Shown here piece by piece: positions 51,062 through 61,205 of a stretch of 64,000 bases of DNA. Origin of the DNA: an uncultured virus (IMG/VR IMGVR_UViG_3300033463_000052) (taxonomy: Duplodnaviria > Heunggongvirae > Uroviricota > Caudoviricetes); IMG/VR virus record IMGVR_UViG_3300033463_000052. One strand, 5' to 3'. A model generated the notes under the pieces. That model ran no database searches, was not told the origin of the DNA, and saw only the letters and a list, made by a program, of their open reading frames with translations. How positions within the stretch are numbered: position 1 is the first letter of the stretch; each line of letters opens with the position of its first letter. The translations under genes were made by a program, and so were the position numbers.

Positions 51062-51304
51062 ATAATATGACAGATCCGAAAGCAGGCAAGGCCAACATCA
51101 AGAAAAAGACGCCCGCCCCGAGCTACAAAATGCACGGAGCGGGTAGGGATTGGCCTTCCCGATTTCAGAGAAACATCGACGTAAAGGTCGAAGTTTCCGA
51201 CTATAACAGCAAGGCGGGCAAGATGTCGCTTTAGGATCAGGTCAGCATCAAAGCGCTCTGCCATAACGGCAGGGCGCTTTTCATTTAAGGAGATGAGATA
51301 AGAT

Positions 51305-52333
51305 ATGCCTTTTATCGAAGGGCAGGCTCAGACGCCGACCAATAAAACTACTCCCGCTACTTCCGGGAATAGTTCGCGTACAAATGTAGGTAGCGCGAGT
51401 ATTCCTACGGGTAGCTATGGCGCTCCGGTAACCGCAGCTACTGGCAGCTCAGCCGAAGCCGCTCATATTCAGCAGAGTCAGGACCGGCTTCGAGGGGACG
51501 GCAATCTTAATGTTGGCGGCAACGTGATTACGTTGAGCCCCGGTACAAGTGTTCCTGATACTCGCGCTACAACGACCGCCAACGTCTTGAGTGGGCCTGA
51601 CTATTCCGGGGGAGGTAATACCGGGGTAAAAAAACCTGCGAGTCCGGCAAATGAGGTGACCGGGTATACGGACACTGCCACTGGCGGCGGAACAGGCGAT
51701 CCTACTGGCGGCAACACCGACACGGATAAACCGCCTGTTGATACCCCAACGCAGCCTACCTATGACCCTAACGCCTCCACCCGCCCCTCTGGCAATGGCT
51801 CCTCTGGCTCTTCCGGTGGCGGCTCCTCTGGCGGCAACGGCACCGGCTATACCGATGCCCAGCTCCTTTCGCAGGCGCTGAATGCCGCCGGTATTCTCAC
51901 GGCTGATCCTTACCAGCTGCCCGAGGTTTCCGGCCCCAACGCTCAGCCTGTGGATCATGTGGACACGACTCAGCTGAAGGAGATGCTCCAGCAGATCCTC
52001 GACTCCCAGACTCAGCAGAGCCAGCAGCAGGTGGATTACACCGTCCAGCAGGGCGTCAATGAACTGACCCGTGCTATGGAAGACGCGGCCACTCAGTACC
52101 AGACCCAGCGTAATCAGGCGACCGCTGATGAGATGCGGGCGCGCATCTACTGGTGCATGATTTATGACAATGGGATGCTTGTGCGTAATTATGTACCGTG
52201 CCTCCGTGTATCTGATGGTAAGCCCGGTCTTTATGACTTCTGCGGCTCAATATGTTCTATCACGAACAGCCCGTTTTATCCAAGTGCAAACGCAAACGGC
52301 GAGTTCACCGATATTGGAGGGATTGTTTTATGA
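51305..52333 (+). CDS. chimeric GC-rich protein: low-complexity/Gln-rich N-part plus C-terminus homologous to 49934 protein
   Basis: Switch at ~52137 to RIYWCMIY...YVPCLRVSDGKPGLYD. Confidence 0.55.
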   Translation: MPFIEGQAQTPTNKTTPATSGNSSRTNVGSASIPTGSYGAPVTAATGSSAEAAHIQQSQDRLRGDGNLNVGGNVITLSPGTSVPDTRATTTANVLSGPDYSGGGNTGVKKPASPANEVTGYTDTATGGGTGDPTGGNTDTDKPPVDTPTQPTYDPNASTRPSGNGSSGSSGGGSSGGNGTGYTDAQLLSQALNAAGILTADPYQLPEVSGPNAQPVDHVDTTQLKEMLQQILDSQTQQSQQQVDYTVQQGVNELTRAMEDAATQYQTQRNQATADEMRARIYWCMIYDNGMLVRNYVPCLRVSDGKPGLYDFCGSICSITNSPFYPSANANGEFTDIGGIVL

Positions 52334-52412
52334 GTTATAGAAAACTGATAAACAATGTGCTGGTTCAAGAATGTTTGTTGTTTTTGAATATAATTGAGAG
52401 GTAAATTAAATT

Positions 52413-52694
52413 ATGTATGGTAAAATTGAAGATGGTATTTTAAAATTTGCACCAAATAAACTTTATGGTGATGGTGTAGTTGTTTATAATCCACCTTTTG
52501 ATATGTATTTATCACAAGGATGGAAACTTGTTCAATATACTGAAGAACCCTCTGATGCCCCATCTGGTTATTATTATAAAAGTGGTTGGGATGAGGAAGA
52601 AAATATAATTATTCAAACATGGGAACTTTCACCTTTACCAGAAGATATTTCTGGTGAAGAAGCCTTTAATATTATTTTTGGAGAAGAAGAATGA
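52413..52694 (+). CDS. fibre-associated small protein (AT-rich copy)
   Basis: Paralog of 50587..50877. Confidence 0.75.
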   Translation: MYGKIEDGILKFAPNKLYGDGVVVYNPPFDMYLSQGWKLVQYTEEPSDAPSGYYYKSGWDEEENIIIQTWELSPLPEDISGEEAFNIIFGEEE

Positions 52695-53110
52695 AAAGAA
52701 GCCACGCTTATAAAATAAAAGATTTATTATATAAATCATCTTATTATCTTTCTGATGATGATGCTTTAGATGGTATTGAATTGTTCCCATTTTGGGAAAT
52801 AAATAAAGAATATAAAATTAATGATAGATTTCGTTATAATCAAAAGCTTTATAAAGTTATTCAAAATCATACTTCACAAGCAGATTGGTTGCCAGATATT
52901 GCACACTCACTTTATACAGAGGTAGAAAAAAGTGGGCAAGGTGATACACCAAACAATCCAATCCCTTACAATAATAATATGGAATTATTTAATAGTAAAT
53001 ATTATTCACAAGATAATGTTGTATATTATTGTTTTCGTGATACTGGTATTCCTGTTTATAATAACCTTGTTGATTTAATTGGGTTATATGTTGAAGTTTA
53101 TGTAGGATAA
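52691..53110 (+). CDS. carbohydrate-binding module (CBM5/12-like) protein
   Basis: W....Y..ND..RY...LYKVIQNHTSQADW.P. Confidence 0.7.
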   Translation: MKRSHAYKIKDLLYKSSYYLSDDDALDGIELFPFWEINKEYKINDRFRYNQKLYKVIQNHTSQADWLPDIAHSLYTEVEKSGQGDTPNNPIPYNNNMELFNSKYYSQDNVVYYCFRDTGIPVYNNLVDLIGLYVEVYVG

Positions 53111-53140
53111 TTATAAAGTAGAAGTAAAAGGATAGATAAA

Positions 53141-54028
53141 ATGGCTGAAGTCACAAATGGTAAATATGCCAAAAATGTTTGTGAATTTTGTGGTGAAAAA
53201 AAGACGGCAACTTTGTTTTATCCTAATTATGGTGGGCAATATTCTGAAAGAACAAAAACAAGATATTGTAAAGATTGTTGTTCAAAAAGGCTTGCTTATT
53301 ATAAAGGATTTTTAAATGAGCAAGCCTCTTTGTGGATGATATTGTCTGAATTAGGGATTCCATTTATTAAAAAGATTTATAAACAAGTTGTAGAGGAAAG
53401 AAGTATAAATCGTACTGGAAAACAACCAGAACTTGTTGGTCATTATTTAAAAAGACTTATAGAATCAGATACAGTTTATTCTGGATTTTGGGAATCTGAT
53501 ATTGGTATAAATGAAATTATTGAAAAACAAAATAATGAAGATGAAAAAGCTAATATGAATTTAGATGAAATGCAAGAAATTTGGGGTAAATATCCAGACG
53601 ATGAATATAATGAAGCATATGTTTTTCTTCAAAAAACTTTCAAAGATTATACAGAAGATTTGCCCGGTGAAATGGACGCTAATTTAATAAATCGTTATAG
53701 GGATTTATGTAAAGCAGAGTATAGAAAAAGAAAAGCAGATGAAAATGGTGATATTGGGGAAATAAAGCAAGCCCAAGCAAATTTAACAGATATGCTTAAA
53801 TTGCTTAAATTAAATGATTTTCAAAGCAATCAAAAATCTGAAACTGAAAAAATGATTGAAAGAAAGATTTGGATGATTGAAAATACAAAACCAGCAGAAT
53901 GTGAAGATTTAGATATGTATAAAGATGTTAGTGGATTTGAAACTACATGGAATCATATTTTAAGATGTGTTAAAAATCTTGTAGCTGGTTCAAGAGAATA
54001 TCCAGATGTTCCAAGGAGTGAAAGATGA
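53141..54028 (+). CDS. hypothetical protein, probable terminase small subunit
   Basis: N-terminal CEFC/CKDC; coupled directly upstream of TerL. Confidence 0.5.
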   Translation: MAEVTNGKYAKNVCEFCGEKKTATLFYPNYGGQYSERTKTRYCKDCCSKRLAYYKGFLNEQASLWMILSELGIPFIKKIYKQVVEERSINRTGKQPELVGHYLKRLIESDTVYSGFWESDIGINEIIEKQNNEDEKANMNLDEMQEIWGKYPDDEYNEAYVFLQKTFKDYTEDLPGEMDANLINRYRDLCKAEYRKRKADENGDIGEIKQAQANLTDMLKLLKLNDFQSNQKSETEKMIERKIWMIENTKPAECEDLDMYKDVSGFETTWNHILRCVKNLVAGSREYPDVPRSER

Positions 54029-55290
54029 AATCGGCAGAACGTGGTCTTCGTAGAAGATTCATGGAAAATCAATTAATTACAACACAATATCGTACTTCTT
54101 ATAAAAAAAGTAATCAAGAAAAAGAAGAAAATTTAATACATTGGATAACTTATTTTAGAAGAAATTGGCATATTTATGTTGATTTTATATTAGGAATAAA
54201 ATTAAGACCTTTCCAGCAGATAATGATTTATTTAATGGGCGTAAGCGAAATATTCTTTGGAATTTGTAGCCGTGGTTTAAGTAAATCTTTTATTGCTGGT
54301 TTAGGTGCTATTGTAAAAATGAATTTATATCCATACTCAGAAATTGTTATAACTTCTTCTACTGTTCCACAAGCTAATAAACTTGTAGAAAAAAAGATAA
54401 GGGATGAATTGATAAAGAAACTATCCCCTTATCTTTTATATATGTATGAAAAAGAATATATTGTTATAACAAGGGCAGAAGATGGATATAAAATTGAAAA
54501 TAAATTAAATGGTTCTACTTTAGTTGTCTTGGCTTGTTTAGATTCCAGTCGTGGCTCAAGAACCACGATGTTAATTTATGAAGAAACAAGGTTATTAAAG
54601 AAAACAATTATTGATTCAGTTTTTGAAAAAATGAGCCACCCAAGACAAGCGAAATATTTAGAAAATCCATTATATTCTTCTAATCCAAGATGGTTAGAAG
54701 AATGTCAGCATATATATATTACAAGCGCTCGGTTTAAATTTGAATGGTTTTGGTTACTATTTAAGAAAACATTTGTAAGAATATTTACAGATAAAAAGAC
54801 TAAATGTAATATATTTGCTGGTGATATATTTATGGCAATTGACAATGGATTAAAAACTTGGGCAGACTATAGAAATGGTGTTAATGGCGACCAATATGAT
54901 TTTCGTATGGAAGATTTAAATGAAATGATAGGGGAAGCTGATGATGCTTTCTTTACTATACAATCATTTAGAGAAAATCAAATTATCGAAGAATGTTTTT
55001 ATCCACCTAAAAGTGATGATTTATATATAATAGATTTTGATTCTATTCACCCAAAACAGGAAAATGAAATAAGAATAGTAGGGGTTGACTATGCTTTTGC
55101 TAATACAACAAAAGAAAATCAAAAGAATGACAATACTATTATTATGTGTATTTCTGGTATATGGAAAAAGAATAGATTTGAAAAAAGATTAGAATATATA
55201 GAATTACATGAAGCAAGTGATTCATTAGGTGCGGCAGATAGGGCAAGGGAATTATTTTGGTTATATCATGCTGACTATTTAGTACCAGAT
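54025..55290 (+). CDS. terL: terminase large subunit, exon 1
   Basis: LRPFQ, SRGLSKS (Walker A), SRGSR, LIYEE (Walker B), ITSA, GVDYA, ND. Confidence 0.88.
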
Positions 55291-55600
55291 TCAGTGTGAG
55301 TCTGACTCCATAGTGATATGGTTTAAAAACCTATTGAACTGACTGGAAAACCCTTAGAGCTATATAAACTACAACGTATAGATGAAATAAGCTAAAGCGT
55401 GAATGTTTGAAAATTATATAGATTGGGCAATCAGCAACTAAGCCCCGAATAGGGGAAAGCTCAACGACTATCCCGTAAGGGAGTACACTACAAGCGATTG
55501 GTAGTGGAAGTGGTAGGTATCTTATTTATAAGATAAAGATATAGTCTGAACTTATAAGAAATTATAAGAAGATAAGGTGTAGCGACCTTTAATATAAAAA

Positions 55601-55701
55601 AATAATTAAAGAGGACAGGGAGTAGCTACCTTTTATAATACTGATACTATTATAATTACTCTTTAATTATATAAATTTACTTTGTATCAGAAGGTGATTT
55701 T
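55601..55701 (+). ncRNA. structured 5' leader of homing endonuclease gene (copy 4)
   Basis: 12-bp closing stem; loop CUGAUAC (55641-55647) pairs with GUAUCAG (55684-55690) abutting the SD. Confidence 0.7.
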
Positions 55702-56508
55702 ATGAAATTATATGAAATTTTAGATGGAAAAAGAAAAGAAAAAATGTTTTCTTGTATTTATTTATGGACAAATTTGATTAATAATAAAAAATATGTAGGA
55801 CAGGCACAAAGTTTTTATAATCGCATGACAACTTATAAAACAAAAGGTGCTACTAAGTTTTTACAAAATGCAATAAAAAAATATGGGATAGAGAATTTTG
55901 ATATTACGATATTAGAAAAATGTCCAATAGATAAATTAGATGAAAGAGAACAGTATTGGATGGATTTTTACAAATCTTATGAAAGAGAAAATGGCTATAA
56001 TATTTGTAAGTATGCTTCTACAACGAGAGGTTATAAATATACAGATGAAGTAAAACAAAAAATAAAAGAAACTAAATCAAAAAGAGTATATCAAAAACCT
56101 ATAAAGGAATTAAATGGTATGTATGGGAAGCATCATACAGAAGAAACTAAAAATAAAATAAGAGAAAGCACAAAAAGATTATGGGAAAATCCAGAATATA
56201 GAAAAATGCAAAGTGAAAGAATGTCTGGCGAAAAAAATTATTTCTATAATGTACATATGTACGGAGAATTAAATCCAAGATATGGTAAACATTGTACAGT
56301 TGAAACGAAACAAAAAATTTCAAATAAAGCAAAAGGAAGAAAAAATATTAAAATAAGTATTCCTGTTGTTTGTATAGAAACTGGAAAAGAATATTATAGT
56401 ATGACACTTGCCGCACAAGAGTTGAATACTTATGCAAGTGCAATAAAAATAGCCGTAGACAATCCAAATAGAACTTGCAAAGGTTATCATTTTTCTAAAA
56501 TTTCATAA
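55702..56508 (+). CDS. intron-encoded GIY-YIG homing endonuclease
   Basis: CIYLWTNLINNKKYVGQ..R..E..GYN; NUMOD3-like GMYGKHH repeats; C-terminal HTH-like region. Confidence 0.92.
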   Translation: MKLYEILDGKRKEKMFSCIYLWTNLINNKKYVGQAQSFYNRMTTYKTKGATKFLQNAIKKYGIENFDITILEKCPIDKLDEREQYWMDFYKSYERENGYNICKYASTTRGYKYTDEVKQKIKETKSKRVYQKPIKELNGMYGKHHTEETKNKIRESTKRLWENPEYRKMQSERMSGEKNYFYNVHMYGELNPRYGKHCTVETKQKISNKAKGRKNIKISIPVVCIETGKEYYSMTLAAQELNTYASAIKIAVDNPNRTCKGYHFSKIS

Positions 56509-56523
56509 TCGCAACAAAAAATG

Positions 56524-57102
56524 TCACGCAATGGTGGGGAAATATTATTTAATAGAATGACCATGCCTTGGGAAATTAATGAAAAACCTTGGATGATGAA
56601 TTTTCATGGTCTTACTATTTCAGAAAAACTTAATTATCATGTTGTTCCAGATTCTAAATTAGTAGATTATAGAATGAGGACTGTTGATAAAGACGCATAT
56701 CCTTGTATAATACCTTTTATTGGAACTGGCGAATTAAATTCAATAGCTTGGATTGAATTAAAAAAGCAAGTGGAAAGTGGAAATATTAAGTTTTTAATTT
56801 CAAGCCAAGATAAACAAGGGAAAATAGAAGATGACGGGTCGTATTTTAGAATGTCTTCTGAAGAAGTTGTCAAAACATTATTACCTTATGGTCAAACAGA
56901 TGAATTAATCCATGAAGCTGTAAATTTGAAGAAAGAATACAGAAATGATAAAATAAAATTAATTGAACCAAGAACAGGAACAAAAGATAGAGTTGTTATT
57001 TTATCTTATTGTAATTATATATTTTCGTTAATAGAAAATGAGTGGTTAAAACAACAACAAAACGATTCTTCTTCTTGGGATGATTTTAATTTAATATATT
57101 AA
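56524..57102 (+). CDS. terL: terminase large subunit, exon 2
   Basis: In frame after splicing; C-terminal KDR motif. Confidence 0.85.
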   Translation, partial: SRNGGEILFNRMTMPWEINEKPWMMNFHGLTISEKLNYHVVPDSKLVDYRMRTVDKDAYPCIIPFIGTGELNSIAWIELKKQVESGNIKFLISSQDKQGKIEDDGSYFRMSSEEVVKTLLPYGQTDELIHEAVNLKKEYRNDKIKLIEPRTGTKDRVVILSYCNYIFSLIENEWLKQQQNDSSSWDDFNLIY

Positions 57103-57111
57103 GAAAGGAGG

Positions 57112-58689
57112 TTGAAGATGGGAGAAAAACTATTAAATGAAGAACAAGTTAATATAGTATTAGAATTTTCTGACGCACTTAGGAATTATGGTTGGGCTGA
57201 AGGTTTTTGGTCGCCTTGGCAAAGTAATCAATTATTAAAAGATTTAACTGGAAGACAAATCACAAATAAAGATGGTGCTAAAACATTAGAAAATTTAAGA
57301 AAGGCTCTTGGCAATTATAAAGAAAACATAACACAGATTCAAGGTTATATGGAATTTGCAAATGCTTATGATATGTTATTTGCAAGAACGCTTGAATCTT
57401 ATGTAAATTCCTTATCTTTTGACCTTCAAGTAATTTGTGAAAATGCTTATGCACCAGAAGAATATACTTCAAAAGAATATCTTGAAGATAAAAAAAGAAT
57501 TAATGATTTTCTTTTAAAGTTTGATTATAAGAAAGAATTTAGAAATGTTGTTCAACAAGTTTTATTAAGGGAAACTTATTATACTTGGTTTAGAAAAACT
57601 AAGTGGGGAAATAAAGGAATGAAGTTTGCTTTACAAATCATGCCACAAGATAGATGTATGCTCACAGGATATTGGGAAAAAGGTTTATTATTCGATTTCG
57701 ATATGGGGTATTTTTTAACTGCTGGTACTGACATAGATGGTTATGACCCAGCTTTTAAGAAATATTATAATCGTGTGTTTGGTGGCAATCAACCTATTTC
57801 TGATTATAGACCAACAAATCCTTTAAATGAAAGAAATGGTGTTTATGCTATGTGGACACAAACATCACCAGAAGATGGAGCATGGGCATTTAAATTTAAT
57901 ACAAGCGATTTTTATTCTTCCCCATTTTTAGCCCCATATTTGAAATCTGCATTGACAAGCGATAAGATTGAACAAATGCAGTATGATAAAGATTTGGCTG
58001 AAGCGTATGCTATTTTAGCTGGTGAAATTGAAACATTTGATACAGCTAAAAGTGGAACACAAACAGACCAAACAGTTTTTAAACCAAATACATTAGCTGG
58101 ATTTATGTCGAAAGCCAAAGCAGGATTAGAAAGTTCTACTAAACTTGCGGCTATGCCATTGAAAAATTTAAAATGGTATCAGTTTGAAGATAAAAACCCA
58201 GATATGTATAAAAATAATTTATCTACTACTGCTGGGATTGGTACTGGTTTAAGTAGAATTATTTATTCTACGGATAGAATGAGTAATGCTGAAGTTGAAG
58301 CGGCTATGAATGAAACTTATCAAACAATGAAACCTTTATACTATCAGTTTTCTAATTTCATGGAATTTTTTGCCAATAAATTAACAAAGAAATATAAGTT
58401 TAAATTTATATTTGATGGTGCTACTTATAGATATGAAAAAGAATTAAGATTTGATAAAATTTCTAAATTAGCGGATAAAGGAATTGTCCTATCCCCATCT
58501 GTTTGGGCAAGTGCAATAGGTATGCATCCTGTTTTGTTTGAAAATAGTTTAATGGAAAGTAAAGCAAGTGGATGGACAGAGAATTTACAATTACTTCTTA
58601 ATTCTAATACAACGGCACAAGATACTAAAACAGGAAGACCGAAAACTGATTTTCCAGATGATTCTACAGATAGAGATTATGATATGTAA
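57112..58689 (+). CDS. portal protein (putative)
   Basis: 525 aa directly after TerL; C-terminal GRPK motif. Confidence 0.75.
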   Translation: MKMGEKLLNEEQVNIVLEFSDALRNYGWAEGFWSPWQSNQLLKDLTGRQITNKDGAKTLENLRKALGNYKENITQIQGYMEFANAYDMLFARTLESYVNSLSFDLQVICENAYAPEEYTSKEYLEDKKRINDFLLKFDYKKEFRNVVQQVLLRETYYTWFRKTKWGNKGMKFALQIMPQDRCMLTGYWEKGLLFDFDMGYFLTAGTDIDGYDPAFKKYYNRVFGGNQPISDYRPTNPLNERNGVYAMWTQTSPEDGAWAFKFNTSDFYSSPFLAPYLKSALTSDKIEQMQYDKDLAEAYAILAGEIETFDTAKSGTQTDQTVFKPNTLAGFMSKAKAGLESSTKLAAMPLKNLKWYQFEDKNPDMYKNNLSTTAGIGTGLSRIIYSTDRMSNAEVEAAMNETYQTMKPLYYQFSNFMEFFANKLTKKYKFKFIFDGATYRYEKELRFDKISKLADKGIVLSPSVWASAIGMHPVLFENSLMESKASGWTENLQLLLNSNTTAQDTKTGRPKTDFPDDSTDRDYDM

Positions 58690-58707
58690 AAAGGAGCATT
58701 TTTAAAA

Positions 58708-59220
58708 ATGAATATTTCTTTAAAAACAAGTGAAGCATTAGATTTACTTGTTGGTAAGGCGTTTGATTTAAATAGGTCTTTTGATAGGGCTGTTTCTATT
58801 ATGCAAAATAAGTGGTGTATGCCACAAGCCGCAGATATTATTCATCATAAATTAGCCCACTTATTTCCTGCGTTGGCAGATATAATTTCTGGATTTAAAG
58901 ATGATTGTAATGCTACTACTGTTTATCCAGAAACACATAAAGATGATAGAGATTATTCTAATCTATTAGTAATGGTTACAACTTTAAGAAATGAAGTATT
59001 AGATTTTTATGAAATGATAAAAATGGTTTATAAAATAGCGGATGAAGAAAATGATTTTAATGCCGAAGCTATGTTAATAGATTTTATGAACAAATTAACG
59101 AAAGTTATTTCACAAATGAATACTTTAAAAGATAAGGCAGAACAAATGCCAACAGGATGGGATTTATTTGATAATCATATTTCATCTTGGGGAATAAATG
59201 GATTGGATTTAGGAGAATAA
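58708..59220 (+). CDS. ferritin-like helical protein (tentative)
   Basis: Helical pattern, HH..AH....AD, ADEEND..AEAML.DF. Confidence 0.45.
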   Translation: MNISLKTSEALDLLVGKAFDLNRSFDRAVSIMQNKWCMPQAADIIHHKLAHLFPALADIISGFKDDCNATTVYPETHKDDRDYSNLLVMVTTLRNEVLDFYEMIKMVYKIADEENDFNAEAMLIDFMNKLTKVISQMNTLKDKAEQMPTGWDLFDNHISSWGINGLDLGE

Positions 59221-59221
59221 A

Positions 59222-59398
59222 ATGATAATTATTGGTACTCCAAATGACTTAGAAAGTTATTTCATGGCAGATGGAGATTTAATTTGGAAGTTAGAACAAG
59301 CTGGTTTTCATGCTAAATATATGGACGAAGATGTTCAATATTTCAAATTAAATAATAAATTAAGAAAATATTTAATTAAACTTGGAATTGAAGTTTAA
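59222..59398 (+). CDS. small hypothetical protein (58 aa, below ORF track cutoff)
   Basis: MIIIGTPNDLESYF... with AGGAG SD. Confidence 0.6.
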   Translation: MIIIGTPNDLESYFMADGDLIWKLEQAGFHAKYMDEDVQYFKLNNKLRKYLIKLGIEV

Positions 59399-59412
59399 TA
59401 AATATATAATCC

Positions 59413-61173
59413 TTGTGGAAAGGAGGGGTATGTCTTTTGCAAAAAAAGAAGAATATTAGTTTTGCTTTAGAAGAAGTGGAAGAAATTCCAAATTGGGCAG
59501 AAGCTTATCCAGAACATAAATTTACTGTAGCAAAATGTTGTTTTCTTTCAACAAGAGAAAATTCACATGAAATTAAAATTAGTAAAGAAGTTTTAAAAGA
59601 ATGTGCTGGAAGTATTCTTGGTAATTTTTTAGTTGCTAAAATTGAGTGGGGCGATGCCACAACACATAAAGATACGGAAGTGATTTATGGGTATTTCCCA
59701 ATGGAACAAGATGTACAGTTTATTGAAACTGAAGATAATATATTAAAAGCTTATGCTTATGCAGTAATAAGTAGGCGATATAGCAAAGAATTTAATGGTA
59801 TATTTGAATATCAAAATTTAAGGGACAGTTCAGTTGAAATGACTGTTACTTATGATGATGACGATGAAAATAAAGCATTGGCTTTTGATATATATGGTCT
59901 TACTGTTTTAGGAAGAACTGTTAATGGTTCTTGCCCAGATGCAGATGCAAAATTGGTAAGATTTACCAAGAAAACTGCTGAAAAATATTTTTCTAAAAAT
60001 GACACATTTACCAACTTGAAAAATTTTACCAAAGAAAGGAAACAACTTATGGAAGGTAAAACATATAAAGTTGACAAGTCTAAAGAGGGAATGTCAACAA
60101 AACCTTGGGGTGAAGTTGATAAAACAGAGTTAAGAAATAAAATCATTGAAGCTAACAATAAAAATGAATTAGTTAAAGATTGTTATATGTTAGTTGAGGA
60201 TGGTTGGGAAGATGCCCCAAGTGAACATTTAAAATACCCTGTTATGTGTTTTGAGGGGGATAAATTAGTTTATAACAGATATGGTTTATCTTCTGCTCTT
60301 GCTTATGCAAAACAAGAAAAAGAAGAATCTGTTATTAATAAAATTAAGGCTATTTATAAAGAACTTGACCTTGATGATGATTCTGATGGGAAGGAGGATA
60401 AAGAAATGTCTGAAATTGAATTTTCTGCCGTTAATATTAGCGACCTTTGGGGAAAATTATATAGTGCTATGAGGCGGGAGTATTATATTAAAGGTATTTA
60501 TGAACAAGATAATCAAAAGTTTGCTATTGTTTATGATGATGATACGAAACTTTATCGTCTTGACTTTTCTTTAACAGAAGAGGGTCTTATTCTTTCAGAT
60601 GAAATTGTCGAAGTTAAAGAAGAATTTATAGAAACCGAAAATATGAAAAAGTTTGCAGAACCAGAAGATGTTGCACAATATCGCAAAGAAGAAAAATTAG
60701 AAGAAGAAAAAGAACCAGAGGAAGAAGATAAAGAAGAAGAAGATTCTAAAGAGGAAGAAATGGAAGAACAAAAAGAAGAAGGGTTCACAATCGAAGATTT
60801 GCAAAACCGTATATCTCAATTAGAAAAAGATATTGAGGAAAAAGATAATATAATTATGGGGCAAAACGAAGAATTAAAGACTCTTAGAGAATTTAAAGAT
60901 GAAGTAGAAAAGAAAGAAAAGGCTACTGCTGTTGAATCTTTAATTGGTGAAGTTTCTGAATTTTTAGATGAAGACACAATTAAAGCTTTACGCTCTGAAG
61001 GTTTAGCTTGCGAAATGTGCGATATGGATGGTTGGAAAAATAAAGTTAAAGCGTTTTGTTTCACAGCTATTAAGAAACAACCAAAAAAGAAATCTTCTGA
61101 TGTTTGGAGTTTTAGTGCTCCTAAAAATAATCAAGAAGAAAAGAAGTCTAATTCCGTTTGGGATAGAATTTAA
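59413..61173 (+). CDS. prohead protease / scaffold protein (putative)
   Basis: H and SVEM motifs in N-domain, acidic coiled-coil C-terminus, located between portal and capsid. Confidence 0.7.
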   Translation: MWKGGVCLLQKKKNISFALEEVEEIPNWAEAYPEHKFTVAKCCFLSTRENSHEIKISKEVLKECAGSILGNFLVAKIEWGDATTHKDTEVIYGYFPMEQDVQFIETEDNILKAYAYAVISRRYSKEFNGIFEYQNLRDSSVEMTVTYDDDDENKALAFDIYGLTVLGRTVNGSCPDADAKLVRFTKKTAEKYFSKNDTFTNLKNFTKERKQLMEGKTYKVDKSKEGMSTKPWGEVDKTELRNKIIEANNKNELVKDCYMLVEDGWEDAPSEHLKYPVMCFEGDKLVYNRYGLSSALAYAKQEKEESVINKIKAIYKELDLDDDSDGKEDKEMSEIEFSAVNISDLWGKLYSAMRREYYIKGIYEQDNQKFAIVYDDDTKLYRLDFSLTEEGLILSDEIVEVKEEFIETENMKKFAEPEDVAQYRKEEKLEEEKEPEEEDKEEEDSKEEEMEEQKEEGFTIEDLQNRISQLEKDIEEKDNIIMGQNEELKTLREFKDEVEKKEKATAVESLIGEVSEFLDEDTIKALRSEGLACEMCDMDGWKNKVKAFCFTAIKKQPKKKSSDVWSFSAPKNNQEEKKSNSVWDRI

Positions 61174-61205
61174 AAAATATTTATTTATAAAGGAGAATAT
61201 TAAAA

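Larger units (their letters stand above)
55291..56523 (+). mobile_element. group I intron in terL
   Basis: P1 cagaU/Gucug wobble; gggcaatcagc, caacgactat...aagatatagtc (P7); terminal G at 56523; splicing restores PD-SRNGGE in frame. Confidence 0.9.

Noticed and set aside
48909..53110. Diversity-generating retroelement or invertible shufflon
   Set aside because: No reverse transcriptase or adjacent invertase; paralogs differ at all base types and all lie on one strand.
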